Source: Phaeosaccion multiseriatum
Lineage: Eukaryota > Protista > Ochrophyta, other classes
Direction of reading: 5' to 3'
Length of the DNA: 64,000 nucleotides
Assembly: GCA_965112735.1 (NCBI GenBank)
Contig: OZ218951.1
Location: 1,240,001 to 1,304,000 of the forward strand
The position numbers and the translations under genes were made by a program. Within the stretch, counting starts at the first letter, position 1, and the number at the start of each line of letters is the position of its first letter. Shown here in pieces: positions 25,426 to 40,457 of this stretch. The notes below the pieces were generated by a model. It did no database searches. It had not been told where the DNA came from and saw nothing but the letters and a program-made list of their open reading frames with translations.

Positions 25426-25961
25426 ACATACCATACCATATTATATAATGGAGAAGGAGTCAAAAGGAAGTGGGGGGGGACAAGGCTTTAGTGGGGGAGA
25501 GAGAGCGCACCGGACTGGAGACCGCGGGTCCATTTCGTCTCCTGGGGCAGCAACAAGCGTTTGACGACTACAATGTACAAAGTAAAGGCAGGGCAGATCG
25601 GAGCAGGTGGTAGCTCTCGAACCTCAGGGTTAGGAGGATGCCCATCTAAATAACGGCGTAATAATTAGTTCACGGCATCATTTCCATCAATCTCTTTTGA
25701 CACGACAGCTCACACCCACCCTCACCCGGGGAGGAACCTTCGAGAAGCGAAGAGGAAAAGAGCTTCGGTGTAAAAGAGCGGACCACCCACTTCGTCCAAG
25801 GGGCCATACGGAAAGAGGATATATACACAGGTGTTAATATTAATTTTAAAAAAAATCAATGGGTTGTGTAGGCGTTCGAAGGCGACAGGCAGGCACAGAC
25901 ACGCGGGGCAGCAGCAGCAGCAGTGACACAATACAAAAAACATTCGCTGGTCTCAACAAAT

Positions 25962-27821
25962 TCAAAGAAGTCCGCTAGCACCGATGACGCCGTTTCTTCG
26001 CCTCTTTTTGGCGACGGCGTAGGCTGCCAACACACCTTGTCGCATCGCCTCCATCTGCTTCCTCTGGAGGCCCTCCCTCTCCCTCTGGAGAGAGCTCTTC
26101 CCCTTCCCACCCTCACCCTCCTCCTCGCCCTCGCCATCATCCTCCCGGGCTCGCTTAGATGCCTTACTCTTCGTCTTTCGCTGCTGCTTCTGCTTCGCGC
26201 CCCTCTTCCCCCCCCCCCCCTCCCGCTCCTCCTGCTCCTGCTGCTGCTGCTGCTGCTGCTTGAGCCGTGCCTGCTTTACCCAAGGCTTGGCAGCAAAGGC
26301 ATCCTGCTGCTCCTGTCCAGGAACGAACAACTTTTCTCCTGTGGAGCAGGTAGCAGCAGGTAGCAGCAGGCAGCAGCCGGCAGCGAGGCGAGAGTGTCGC
26401 GTAGCAAGGGCGGCAGTGTGAGTGGGCGTGGAAAAGAAAGGGCGGGGCCAAATTGCACACACCACTATCCAACTACGCATGCTCGTGTGTTGGCATGGTA
26501 TGGTATGACGAAGAGCGTCATGTACGGGAGCGTTTTCAGCCAAGTACCGTCCACACACGACCGGCCACACACGACCGGCCGTAGACAGCATCCGAACATC
26601 CGTCGATCAGTGACAAAGCACCTGAGCCAGGGATCTCAAATAGGTGCCTCGTCTAGTCACTGCGCTGCAAAACGTCCCCCCCCCCCCCCCCCCACGCACA
26701 CATCATCACTCACTCTCACTCACTCACCTCTCCTCTTTGGCAGCGAGGAAAAGACGGGTGGCCGGTGACACACCTCTCCAAAGGCAATCTCCTCTTTCTC
26801 TTGGAACTCCTTCTCTTGCCTTGGGGGGTCCGGTGACAGTTCGTCTAACCGCTTTTCCTCCTGATGCGCCGCCCAGAGACCGGACCGCTTCAGCTTCTTC
26901 TTCTCCTTCTTCTCCTTTAAAAACCTAGCAAAGGAGGGAGGTATGGTTTGAGACCGGGGTAGAGGGGGAAGGCACGCTCGTGTCAGCTCGGTGGATGGGA
27001 TTAACAGGCACAAAGACATCCCCCACACACGTCATCAAAGACCAACCGCACACTCCTCTATCTGCCATTCACCATCTCTCTCATTCTTGGCCCCCTTTCT
27101 TCTCTCTCTCTCTCTCCTCCCTATTCTCTCTGCCCCCCTTCCCCCCCCCCCCTCCCTGCTCTCTCCTCCCTCGCCCCTTTATCTCCTCACTCACGTCCTG
27201 TTCCGCGCGACTTTGGTACTGTTGGCTTTTTTGCTCTCCATCAGCAGCTTCGTAGTGTCCTGCTTTAAGCGCTTGCCGAACTGCCGAAAGCTTTCTCCTT
27301 CCTTCTTGCCCTCAATGGTGGCCTTGGCAGGCGCACTACTCCCCCCGCCTCCTCCTCCTGCGCCGCCGCCCTCCTCGCCCTCCACTCCTGCTTCCTTCCT
27401 CTCCTTCCTCTTCTCATTGATTTCTGTCTCCAGCCACTTGGGCACACGCTTCTTGAGCTTGCGCTTCGCCGGATCTGATTGGGGGAAGGGAGTAGAGAGT
27501 GGAGGTGAAGGAAAGCACCATCTTCAGTCCATCTTCGTGCACTACTGGACCCCTTGAGGGACAGCAAACAAGCGTACAGCAGGGGATATCAGAGAGAGGT
27601 TGAAAAAGTCCCCCCGTGGGCCGGTGTCCACGGTGTAGCATCTGCACCCATTTCCCTCTATTTTCCGTACCTTTGATTGTCTTCTGGGCGACATGGTTCT
27701 TGACATTGGGAGGCAGGTTGAACCTATCCTCCTCGTTCCACTCTCCGGCCTTGAGCTTCTTCTTCTTGGGTGCGAAGGGGTCCACGCTCTTGAGCTTCTT
27801 GTATCGGCGCACGCGACCCAT
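25962..27821 (-). CDS. CCDC137-like basic coiled-coil protein, ~334 aa
   Basis: Exons 27821-27671, 27474-27195, 26924-26728, 26338-25962 (1,005 nt). Motifs: MGRVRRYKKLKSVDPF, GESFRQFGKRL, IAFGEVCHRPP, MEAMRQGVLAAY. Confidence 0.75.
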
Positions 27822-28354
27822 CTCGCCTCTCCCTCCCTCTCTCTATTGCTATACCGCTCCCCTGTACCGCCCCGGCTTTCGCCGTATGCGTCCAAGGGCA
27901 GAGCACACCCGTGAAGACTCTTTCCCTTCTATCTTTCACACCTCTCTCCTCTCCCTCTTCGCCCCCAAAACGAGGTCGATGTTCCATGTCGAGCATCAAT
28001 AAACTGGAACGCGAACTGGGCGATTTGGGGAACTGAACCCGCGTCTTGCGGGTGTCAATCCCCCCCACGAGGAGATAAAAGACAAAAGAGAAAAGAGAAA
28101 AAAGGGAAGGAGAATAGATGTGGATCGCGTAGCAGCAGCTTGACGAGGGATGCTGCTCTGTAGGGAAGGAGCAGTCGGGAGCAGGAGAGACGTGTGGAGG
28201 GGAGAGGAGAATTGAAAATTGACACGGGAGAGGAGGCTGAAAGAAGTGAGATTTCGTTTGAAAACAAGGACGCGCGAAGGCCTCCACGATTGATTTGATT
28301 GCGAGAAGGAGAGCAGGGGAGACACGAGGGGAAGTGTGACTGGGGAGTGAAGCG

Positions 28355-28775
28355 ATGGCCTCCTCACATTTTCAGGCTGCTGTTTCAGCCAGCGATGGAG
28401 GCCTGGATGAGGCAGGGGGGGGTCGACACCGAGGCGACAGAGGCGGGAGCGCGTTGGAGGGAGCTTCCAATGGGACCATTGGTCTCGACCTCCCTCGTCC
28501 TGGCTCTGTCCATGCTGCGCCCATGGGTGGGGGGGGCAGTGCGGACGGGAAGGGAGTGAGACATGACGCCCACTCCAACTCGAGATCCGCGGCGGGGGAG
28601 AGGATGCCTGGAGTACCTGTGTCTGGCCCTTCGCGCGGCGGGCTGGAGGCAATGCTGATGGAGGGCGAAGACTCTGACGATCGGCAGGCGCCATTGCAGA
28701 TAGGTGCCCACGTGTCTGACAGAAACGGGGGCGGATCCCTACGACTGCCTTCTCCCCGGATTGTACCCGGTCATG

Positions 28776-28817
<42 letters not shown>

Positions 28818-31020
28818 TGCCGTATATGCAGCAGCAAAGACTGCAGGAGCAGCAACTTCGGTTGCAGGCACAGCATCAGCACCAACAGCACCCGCAGCAG
28901 CAGCCGCTAGGGCTCCAGCTGGAGCCAATGGGTCAGCAGCAGGGCGCTCACTGGGAAGGAAGAGGAGGAGGAGGAGGAGGAGGGTGGGGAGGAGGGGGAG
29001 GACAGCACCACCCCTCGGTGGGCATGGTGGGAAGCAGTGGCGGCAGCAGCGGCCACCATCAGTCGCAGCCCCCTTCTGCCAATGGGGCGATGTATGGCCC
29101 CGGTCGAGGTGGTGCCAACCACAGCAACAGTGACCACAACCCCCCCAACGCCCCACCCCTCACAGAGGCCGAGAATATGATGATATTTGACGCTCAGCCC
29201 TTCGTCCCCAGTATCCCCAAGTACGTCTTGCCTGCGGACACCCCGCCTCCACCCTTCGTGTCCAGCGCAGAGTACGAGGCTCTGTTTGTGCCCCTGGCCC
29301 TGCCGGAGGATATGGTCAATGAAGCAGCGGCAGCGGCATCGGCGGTCGGCAAGGACAAAGAGGGGAACAGTAGTAGTGCGGGCGAGAAGGGTGGTGCGGG
29401 GCCGATGGAGCAAGAGCAAGACGCAGTGGCAGGGGGTGGGGAGGACGCTGCAGCAGGGGCGGCGCAGGAGGTAAACCAGGAGAAGAAGGAGGAGGAGGAA
29501 GAGGCGGCTGCTGCTGCAGCAGAGCGGAGAAGGAGGAAGTCGAGGTGGGCCCGACTGGAGAGGATTGTGGGCAGAATCGCAGAAGCCAAGAACATTCCAA
29601 TCGGCCCTGTCGGCTGCTCCGGGGGGGCAGATCCGGCCAAGAAGACAGCAGAAGGAAGCAGCAGCGGAGCGAGTGAAGGCGCTAGTGGTGCTACGGGTAG
29701 TGATGGTGGTGGTGGTGGTGGTGGTGGTGGTGGTGTTGAGGGGGGCGGTATGGCGAGGAGAGTGAAGGCAGCGCGGGCTGCGGATCTGCTACGGGCAGCC
29801 GAAGCGGCTGCTCCTGGGCTGGGCATCTTCTCGTATCTATCCTGCGCGAGGGAGGCGGCCGAGTCCCTGCCGAGCACCAAGTGTCGCCCCCGGCGAAGAG
29901 CGCCGGCGCCACCGTCGTGCGCTGCACCAGGAGTAGGGATGGGGGAAGGCGAAGGAGGAGGAGCAGCAGCAGCAGCAGCAGCAGCAGGTGGAGGGGGACA
30001 GGGAGCAGAGGCGGCAGCAGCGCGGGACGGGCGAGAGCAAACCAAGAGTGAGCGTGCGTGTAGCGCTGTCGTTGCTCGCCTGGAGGCGCAAGTGGTTTCC
30101 GAGCGCTCGTCATGGGACGAGTGGGTCAAGGAAACCACCGCCCCCGGTGCGGCAGTGGGGGTCGCTGGCTTGCCTCTCCCGCCTCACTTCAGCCCCGCCA
30201 ATGCGCCGCGGGCGATGGCGGTCTACGCTCTCCTCCGCTCGCTGAGTCTGGTGCTGCACATCATGCCTCCGCACCCCTACGCCTTTCTCCGCTCCCTCGC
30301 GCTCAGACTCCGAAGCCCCTTGCTTGATGAAGGTAATTGTGTGTCTGTCTGTTTGTCTGTCCGTCTGTTTTTCAGTCAGTCTCTTCTGTATGTATGTGTG
30401 TGTTGAGTCACCTCCTGTAAGTGCTGTGCGGCGCAGATGGCTTTTCCTCGAACCTACCTCAACCTCTCCTCCTTTTGCCCGTCTACTTCTGCTACTTGTG
30501 CTAACAGTCAACATGGCACTCCTTCGTGTCTTGTCGGCGAGTGTGGGCATTAACGTCAAGAGCAAGGCCAGGTCAGAGAGTTTGGACTGGAAATTCCTCG
30601 ACGCCATGAACTGGCCCGCCTTCTTCACCGCGTTGGTGCAGTTCCTCGAGACAAAGAGGTGAGCAAGGAACGAAGGAAGGAAGGAAGGAAGGAAGGAGAT
30701 GTTTCGGCAGGGGCGGGTATTTAATTGCCGTTGATTGTTTTTTCCTATTTTTCATTCCGTGCGGAATGAGACACAAAGTCACGTGAGTTCTTGGCGCGTA
30801 AGTGAACCCTTGTGGTATACCCCCCGCCCTCATGCGGTCAGTTTTTTTTTCTCTTTCCTCATCTGGATAGGGGGCCTGCTTAACGATAAAATTTGTTGCC
30901 ACTCCGCTGGTGCTGATGTGCCATTGTAAGCATAGCGGGGTCCCTTGGAATAGGGGAGCACTGTGTGTGTGTGGTTGACTCGGGGCAGCAGCAGGCAGGC
31001 AGGGAATATGATTTTTTTCT

Positions 31021-31051
<31 letters not shown>

Positions 31052-34000
31052 GGTGATTGTACCTACTCCGCGAGGGCGGCTCTCCCCCTCTCGCGGTGAG
31101 GCAAGAGGGGTCAGGCTTTATAGACGGCTTCGGGTGCTGGTGGTGCGGAGAGGGCTTTGGCTTTTTATTTTTCAGTTTGAGTTTCAATGTTCTTTCGATT
31201 CACGTCAAGCTTGTCGTGTACCACACAGACTAACGGTCAGGAACGCATTGAAATTTTTCTTTTTTGCACTTGGCTAGCAACCCCCTCCCCCATCAATATT
31301 GCCTCGTCAATTACCCCCCCCCCCACACACACACACACGCACGCACGCACTCACACACGCCCCCCACCCGTCGTCCCGCCTTGAAGGTACGAGAAAGAGG
31401 CGGCAGAAGCTCTGGAGGAGGATGAGGAGGATGACGACTTCTTTCCACGGCCAGGGGGAGGAGGGAACACACCCAACAACGTCATCATGCAGGTTAGTTA
31501 GGGAGGGTAACTTGGTATGGATTGTGCTGACTATGGCAACAGTGGTACGGCTACGCTCTTTTCACACACTGTAAATGTGGCCAGTGGCCTTCATTGTTGG
31601 TGGCATGGACCTTTGCCCTACGCTCTTACTCTGTCTACCTTCGTTGACTTAAGCTAGAGAAAGCTCTATTCCGGGCGTGTGTCTGTCCGAACTCGGCTCC
31701 GGCTCCGGCTCCCGCCCGCCCAGCCTGCATGTCTACCCGTATTCCTGCGCTTTGCGCATTGGCCTCTTCCTTATGTGTCACTTGTTTTGTTTCTTCTCTC
31801 TTCCCTCCTCTTCGACCATTTGTTCCCCTCCCCCCCATCTCCCCCTCCCCTCCCCAGGCGGGCAAGCTTGTGGCTCCGAAGCGAAGGAGCCTGCTGGGCA
31901 CCAGCAGCCCCGTGGAGGCGGCGTGCGAAGGCCTTGAGCTGACAGAGTACCACCTCCTCCCCGTCGCCACGAAACTAGACATGCTGGAGTATCTACTGGA
32001 TGCAGGTAGGAGGGGGGGGGGGCAGTGAGGGAAGAGAGGAGAGGAGATGGTAAATGATGTTTTTGGGCGAGAGGGAGGAAGGAAGCAAGAAGGAGAGAGG
32101 GGCAGAGGGGAGAGAGAGAGAGAGAGAGAGGGAGAGAGGGTATGTATGCGCTGTACCTGGAACGCAGTAAACGGATACTGTTGACATAAACTGCCATCCA
32201 TCCACCCATCCCTCTGTCATTTTCTCAATACCTCTGCTCCCTCCCTCCTCACCCTCCCCACTATCCCCTTGTTGCAGCTCTGGACTGTCCTTGGCTGCTG
32301 TCGGAGATTGACCATCGCCTCAAGGTCCCGCCCAATGAGTTCGTGGTGGACGAGGATGGCAGCGTATGGGACTGCATTGTGAGTGGGTGTTGAGTCGTGA
32401 GAGTGGTTCAAGGACATTTACCTGTGTTTGTCTGACTGCTCTTGTGAGTCAGAGGATTTGAGTGTTTTCCTCTCGAGCATTCAGTCGCCGGCACTCTCCC
32501 TCTCTCTCTCTTTCTCGTGTGTGTGTGTTGAAAATGTGCGCGAGGTCTGAGAGAAAGTGGGCGTCTCGTCATCAGATGTGACTGTGCTTCCCCCCCCCCC
32601 CCCTTGTGTACATACATGGCACTGACACCGTCCTCTGCTTCCGTGTCTGCGCTTGCTGTACCACCAACTGCTGCCTTTCATGTCGAACAGATTTGCGACT
32701 CGGGCGGGAACTTGATATGCTGCGATCAGTGCCCTCGCGCCTATCACGTCAAGTGCATCGGTGGAAAGGCGGGCACGGACGATGACGACTGGGCGTGCTT
32801 TGAGTGCAGCATCGGGGACAGTAGCACAGACGGTGTACGTGTGCCCAGGGTCAAGTCGCCTATAGGTGAGTAGGGAGTAAAGTGTGTGCAGATGTGGATA
32901 CGGTGTGGTGATTGGATTGGAGGGGAGCTTCCCTCCCGCCTGTGACGAACGAACTAGCATGGCTTTATCTCTCTGGCAGGATTATTTCGTTTTTTCTTTT
33001 TCTTCTTCCACATTTCGCGCTGCCAATGTCTTGTTGCTGTGTTACCACTCCTTCTAAGACAACCCCCCCCCCCTCCCGCCCAACTCCTCTCGGTGTTTGT
33101 AGGTGTTTTATGGATCACGTGCGGCTACGTCTTCATTTTGAGGGTGCCCACGCCTCGCGACGGGGAGGAGCAGCACAAGAGGAGGAATATGGGACAGCAG
33201 AAGAAGCGTGGGGGTCATGGAAGCGACGATTCAGACGAGTACATGGATTCAGACGAAGTGGAGGACGATGAAGAGGATGAGGAGGAGGAGGAGGTGGGGG
33301 AGGAGTTCGCCCAAGGATCGATGGAGCTGCTCACCCCGCAAGAGGTCTTTGAGTTGGGCAAGAAGCTTGGACGAAAGAAGGCTCGTAGGATGCCGTACCA
33401 GGTGATTCAGTTCCCTGCGGCCTGCTTCGAGAAGGGTTTGCTGAGCCAGCCAGAGGGGGATGCAGCAGAGAAAGAAGAAGAAGAGCAGAAGAAGAAGAGG
33501 AAGGAGGAGGAGGAGGAGGAGGAAGAGGAGGAGGAAGAGGAAGAGGAGGAGGGGGCATTTGGCCTTCGAACGATGGTGATTCAAAAGAGACCGACCAAAG
33601 CGGCGCGAAGGGCCGCGGCGGCTGTTGGGGCGCGTTCGTCGCCTGCAGGCAGATCGGGGGTTGAGAGTAGAAGCAGACGAGCGACGGAGAGGAAGAGCTA
33701 CGCAGAGCTGGATGATGACGAGGAGGAGGCGCAAGAGGAGTCGTCGGCGTCGGAGGAGGAAGACGACGAGGAGGAGGAGGAGGAGGAGGAGGAAGACGAG
33801 GAGGAGGAGTACGAGGAGATTGCTGTGCCCAAGCATCAGAAGCCCAAGGCCAAGGCGGCCAACAACAAGGGCAAGGGCAAGGCCAAGAGAGGCAGGGGCA
33901 GGCCGCGCAAGAACCCGATACCCGAGTCGGAGGATGAAGAAGAAGCAGAGGCAGAGGCGAAGGAGGATGCAAATTCGGCCTTTGGAGCCAAGCGGAAGAG

Positions 34001-37000
34001 CCTGAAGCGCCCTCGACCGACGACCCCGGGCAAGACGTCAGACAAGAAGGTAGCCGCGCCGACGGCTCTGTCTCCTGGTGGTACGCCCGTGAAGAAGAGA
34101 GGACGAGGACGGCCGAGAAAGGTTGTGCCGGAGAAGGAGAAGGAGGAAGTGATGGAGGTGGAGGAGGTGAAGGATGTGGGCAACAGGGAAGCCGCAGCGG
34201 GGGGGGCGGAGCAGAGCGAGGAGGGCGCAGCGGTGGCCGAGGGGAAGGAGGAGGCGGAGAAGAAGAAGGAGGAGATGGTGGAAGGGAAGCAGATGGAAGT
34301 AGAGGAGATCATCGTCGAACAGCGAGAGGGAGCGGGGGTATCGAGCAGCGAGGGTGAAGGTGGCAGCAAGCAAAACGGGAAGAAGAACGGGGACAGGGCA
34401 AAGGAGTCCGACACAGGACAGACGACACCCGCTGCTGCTGCTGCTGCTGCTGCTGCTGCAGTGGAGGAGGTTGCGACCGCTGAGGTCTCTGCTGCTGAGG
34501 TGGAGCAGAGCCCATCATCTCAAGAGGAGGAAGGAGCGGCGGAGGAGCGTGAGCGCACTACAAAGAGGCAGAGGACAGCAGTGATTGGCGAAGAGAAGAG
34601 GGAAGGGGGCGACAAGAAGGACGGCGAGGAAGGTCGGGGAAGCACGAAAAAGGCCGAGGATGGGGGAGACAGCAGTGTACAAGAGCAGAAAGGCGAGGAC
34701 ACCATGCCCGCCCCAACCACCACCGGGGACTCGACCGCGGCAACGGCAAAGGACACGGCGACGGAGGGGGAGACGGGGTCAGTGAATACCAAAGAGGGCA
34801 AGGGGGATGAAGGGCAGGACCACGCTCCCATGGATGTGGACACAGTAGCAGCAGATGGTGCAGCCGTAGCAGCAGCAGCAGCAGAGGACATGGCGGGAGG
34901 GGCGGAGGAGAAGGCGGATGAAGCGGAGGAGAAGAAGACGGAGGCGGGGGAAGGTGACGAAGAGGCACGGCAGAGGACCCTACGCCCCGCTCAGGAGTCC
35001 GTCCTGGCCCGAGGGGAGCGGGAGAGGGAGGAGCAGGCGAGGCAGGTGCAAGAGCGCCGTCTCGCCAAGGAGACGCAGCAGCGGCTAAAGATGGAGCAGG
35101 AGGCCGAGGAGAAGAGACTCGCACTGGCCGCGCAGCAAGAGGCAGAGCGCGTACGCAAGCAGCAAGAGGAGGAAGGAGAATCCATGCATCGGGCAGGAGT
35201 GGCGGAGCTGGAGCAGCCCAGACTGCCGGCCTTGCCACGGAAGGACGTGTTTACCAACCCTTTGCTCTACAGCAACCGCTACCGCACCGCGGCACCGTAC
35301 CCGGGTATGCCGGCACCCTTGCCGGTTGTGCCCATGTCTATCAACGTGCTGGGGCGGAATGCAAGGTGGAATCCCTGCCCTTCTGCGGCCCACCTGGACC
35401 TGTCCTGCTCGACCGCGGACACCACCCTCTTCGCTCCGAGTGACATCCCGCGCAAGGCCAAGGCAGGGAGGGCGGCGGATGGCGGTGGTGGTGCTGCTGC
35501 TTCAGGTAGGTATGGAGATGGATAGAAGAGAAGAGACGAGAAACGATGGTGCGCGCATTGCATGAGACAGAGAGATGCCGCGCATATTTCATTCTTCATT
35601 GTTGTTGTGGTCCGTGTCCCATGTCCCTTCCGCGCGCGTACGGGAGAGGCATCTGGCAGAGGAGGACGTCAAGTTGCTCTTCTTCGCACTCGCCCCTCAT
35701 CCACTTCTTCGCACTCGCCCCTCATCCACTTCTTCGCACTCGCCCCTCATCCATTTCGAATCTTAACGCTTACCACGAAGCTGGAGTGCACACCGACCGA
35801 CCTGAAACTAAATTTCAATGCTCTCTTCGTCCCTCTGCCCCCCCCCCCACTCCCTCCCTGCCCCCTCCCCCCCAAACCCAACCCACTTCCGTGCGGTGTG
35901 ATGGATGGTGCAGCAGAGCCGCATCTGTCGCCTGTGTCAACCGACAAGTGGGTGCAACCCGCCTCCCTACAGACATTTGAAGAAGCGGACTTGTTCGCCG
36001 AGGAGGACGGAGCAGTTGCTCACCTCGAGCCCATTGCTTCGACTTTGCTGAATCTCGAGGCTCAGCTCTTGCCCGGCTACTTGACAGGCCCCTGGCTCAC
36101 AAGCGAGGGGGCTCGGGGCGCGTGGAGTGAGGCAGTGGTAAGTGAGAGTAGTGAGGGAGTGAGGGAGGGAGGGAGGGAGCAAGTGCGTGAGTGGGTGAGT
36201 GAGGGAGGGAGGGACGGAGGGAATGAATGAGGTTGCTCCTATTGTCTCGCTCTGACTCTTTCCCCCCCCCTGGACCTCCCTTTCCATCTCTCTCTCTCTC
36301 TTTCTGCCCCTCTCTTACTCTCTCCCTCTCCCCCTCCCTCTTCCTTCTCTCTCAATGTGTGTGTGTTGGTCTCATAACAGAGGGGGGCAAGCTCTGCCGA
36401 GGAGCTTGCACGGCTTACAGTACAGCTTGTGGACAACCTGCACCTTCGTACCCTCAGGGCCTCCTGGCACCAGCCTCACGACTACAAGGAAACAAAGGTG
36501 AGGAGGAGGAGGGGGGGGGTGGCAAGGGCGAGGGAGGGGGGCCCTCTGCTGAGTGCTCTCGGGAGGGAGGCTTGCCATTTGCGGCAGCAATTCTGCCCTC
36601 CCTCTCCCTGACTCAATCAATGATGTCGTCATTCCTCTCCCCTCTCTCTCTCTGTGTCGCAGGCCTTGACTCAGAACGAGCAAAGGCTACAACTCCGTCG
36701 CGATGAACTGAGCCTAGTGGCATCCCGCTCCCAGCTAAGAAAGCATATGAATCGCAAGGGGGTTGTTCGAGAGAGGGGAGGAGGAGGGGGCATGGAAGAC
36801 GTGGCAGCGCCCATCTTGGACAGGACTGTCTACATGGAGGGGCCGGGTGTGCAGGAGAAGATTGACCAGATGAGGAGAGAGGAGGACGAGGCAGACGCGG
36901 CAGCGAAGGTGCGAGCGGAGGAGGAAGAAAGCGAGAGGCAGAAGAAGGAGCAGCAGCAGCAGCAGCAGCAGCAGGAGGAGGCAGAGCAGTTGAGGCAGCA

Positions 37001-37719
37001 GGAAGGGCAGCAGTTGGTAGAACAGAAGCAGCACGAGCAGCAGCAGGCCACGAAGGCCGACGGTGAGGCATTGCCCCCCGATGCAGGGTCGGCTGGGTCA
37101 GAGGAGAAGGAAGGTTCTCCTACTGAGAGCCCCGAGGGCGCGAACGGGATGGATACGGAGCAGGCCGTAGCAACCGCAACAACAGTTGGTGATGCAGCAG
37201 CAGGAGCTGCTGCCAACGGGGGTGAAGAAGGCGGCGGCGGCGGTGGTGCTGCGCAGGAGCAGGAGGAGGCTGGAGTGACGACCTCCAAGCGAGGGAGGAA
37301 GAGGAAGGCGGTCTTGACGGGAGCGTATTCGGAGACTGGTGTCAACGTGGAGTACCGAGAGGACGGCGAGGGTGGGGGGAAGGGAGGGGGCGGACGAGGA
37401 GGCAGAGGTGGTGGTAGAGGAGGGGGTGGAGGGGGCAGTAGTGTTGGTACGAGTAGGGCGCGGGCAGGGGGAGGAGAGCACAATCAGATGACAGACGCCC
37501 AGTTCGAGCGGATGCTGAGCAAGATGCAGGCGGACGAGTTGGCAGAGAAGAAGGCCAAGCAGCGGTTCCCCTTCCCCACTGGTTACGTGTGGAACTTGGT
37601 CAGGACGGAGTGGAAAGCGGGCAGCCTGTCCGGAGGGTTGGAGCACAGGCCACAGGGTGGCGACGGCGACGAAAACTCCGACTTTAGTGACGATGAGGAC
37701 CAGCCCGTGCGCAATGTAC

Positions 37720-37764
<45 letters not shown>

Positions 37765-40393
37765 CGTCCTTTTTGTTGGAGGGGGTTGTTTACTTGCGTG
37801 CCCCCACTACACCCCCCCCGCCCCTCCACTCCCCTCCCCCTTGTGTCATGTTTGATTACGTTATAGGTCTTTCTTCGCTCCTCGGTACGAGCACTGATGC
37901 ATGAGCCACCCCACCCTGACCCCCCCCCCCCCCGCCTCTCTCTCTCCCTGTCTCTTCTGCTGCCTGCCCATATGCCCAAATGCCTTTCTTTGGCGGAATG
38001 CACGCACGCACCCACTCACCCACGCAGGTGCTCTCTACTCGGGGTCAGCTTCACACGCTGCAGGGCCGGCGCCTCTTTTCCCCTGCGCACCAGATCACGC
38101 TCCCCCGCACATTGCTTCACAAGTCCGCGAGATTGGGGTCCCACCGCTTTATACCCACTCTCGGGTATTGGAAGAGTCACTTTACCGGGCCGGCGGAGGC
38201 TGTGGCTGTGAAGATCCCCCCCAACCTCATCTGGCGCCAGCAGGTACGCGAGAGGGAGAGAGAGGGGTGGGAGGGGCGGGGGGGGATAGGAGAGAGGAGG
38301 CGAGATCGATGCGTACTTGCGTCTGTATCGCATTCGTCCCTTGTCTTTCCGTGTTAAGGTGTGATACTGTACTGTATTTACATCCATTATATATCACAAA
38401 GAGAGAGAGGCGTGCTGACAAGGCTCGTGCCCTGCCCCTTTCGTTGTCAGCCCTCACGCACGCCTTGCAGGCCTCAAGCACACGTAGAACATTGAACACG
38501 AACGAGCAATTACCCCCCCGTTTCCCCTCGTTACCACGACGTTTAACACGACCCCCCTCGCCCACCCCTCCCTCCCTCACTCACTCGCTCACTCACTCAC
38601 TCGCTCACTCACTCACACACTCACTCACTCACTCACTCAATCACTCACTCACTCACTCACTCACTCGCTCACTCACTCACACACTCACTCAATCACTCAC
38701 TCACTCACTCACTCACTCACCCACTCAGGTGCTGCGCTGCAAGAGCTCCGCGGTGCTGTCGCTGCACCTCCGTACGCTTGACTACATGATCGATTGGGAC
38801 GCAGTGGCTTCGGGAAAGCGAAGAGCAGACTCTTGCGTAGAGGCTTCTTCCACTGGCGCCAGCAGCAGCGGTGGCACGGCGGGAGACGGTCAGGTGGTGC
38901 GTTGGAATGCTCAGCAGGCGCAAGTCGAGTGGTTGGTGCGTGTGCCGGGTGGGGCTGCGGGTGCGGATGCTTCGATGCTCACAGATGACATGGATGATGA
39001 CGAGTACTTTGCAAGGCTCGAGGCAGAGGACACCGAGGCGTGGGTCGGGGAAGACAAGGTCGACATGAAGGTGATTTGGGACCACTTCAAGAAGCGCCGA
39101 ATCGCTGCCGAGAGGAGGTGGGAGGCGGATCGTAAGGCCAGGGCTGGGCATTTGATGACCAAGGCCCAGCTGGAGACGGAGAGGCGGGAGCAGCAAGTTG
39201 CAATCTACGCGGAGGAGATTGAGCGAGAGAAGACGGGCTACTTTGATCATCTGGTCAAGTACAAAGCGGATCTCATGGTGTTGCTAAAGGACGCTGAGCA
39301 GAGTCGGAAGCCTGTGGTAGTGGAGAGCACGCTGGCGGCGCTGAGGGAGGAGCTATTGCACAAGTTGAGCAACTCCTTCGCCAAGCAGAGAGTGCTCGAG
39401 ATGTACAGGAACTACTTTATCGCACACAGTCGATACGTGGCGCAGCAACGGCAGCGACACCCGCACCACCGCAGGAGGCAGCAGCAGAGGCAGAGATCAG
39501 GGCCGGAGGCGGTGGAAATACCGGACTACTCTTGGAACATGCTGCGAGAGGAGGTGCTGTCGACGTGCCAAAGCTCTGTGACTGATCTTGAGGAGAGGGT
39601 GCATCGCATGTACGCGGACGCGGTGCGAGCCAGGTGGGGCTCCTTTGCCCAGCAGCGGCGGCTGCACGAGCGGGCCAGGCTAGTGGAGGAGAAGCGGCTG
39701 TTGAAGGAGAAGGAGAAGGCGGAGAAGCGAGCGCAGAAGGAGGTGCTGCGCGCTGCCAAGCAGGCGGACCGCGAGAGGGCGAGCAGGGAGATGCGTCTGA
39801 TGCGAGAGGAGGACTCTCGTTGGGTGGTGCACAGGCAGAAGGAGAGGGCCAGTGCCAAACAGGCCAAGAAGAAGGAGCTGGCAGAGATGCCCATTGGGCG
39901 CAAGATTGAGGAGAAGCAGAGGACGCTTCGCCACATCAGCGTGCAGAGGCTGGCGGCGGAGGAAACCAAGCAGAGGGTGGAGCAGCAGATGGCCAAGGAG
40001 AGGCAGAGTATACAAAACATGAAAGGCAATGGGTATGGGATGCAGGCGCTGAGTGCTGGACAGCAGGAGCAAATGGCAGCGTTGGAGCAGAAGGTGCTGG
40101 GCCTGACGGAGCAGATTGCGGCAGAGGAGAAGAAGATTGCCAAGTCCCATCGCCAGCAGGCCAAGCATGCGGAGCTGTATCACCAATTGCGCATGGAGCA
40201 GTTTGGCAATCAGGCCAGTTTGAAGGAGGAGGCGGAGGCGATGTCCCAGAGCAGACTCAAGATCCTGGGAAGGCAGTTCATGGGGCAGTGGGGGCGACCA
40301 ATGACGTCTGAGGAGGCTACAGCTGAGTTCAATCGTGGTATGGAGGAGTGCGTGGTTGCTTTCCAGCAGCGGCAAGCGGGCATGACGGCCCAG

Positions 40394-40457
<64 letters not shown>

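Noticed and set aside
35681-35755. 25-bp repeats as a CRISPR array
   Set aside because: Copies are head-to-tail with no spacers, lie inside a eukaryotic intron, and there are no cas genes.
37901-38728. N-terminal 276 aa of the 1,223-aa ORF (SLTH repeats)
   Set aside because: Read-through of introns and an out-of-frame exon; the true exon starts at 38729.
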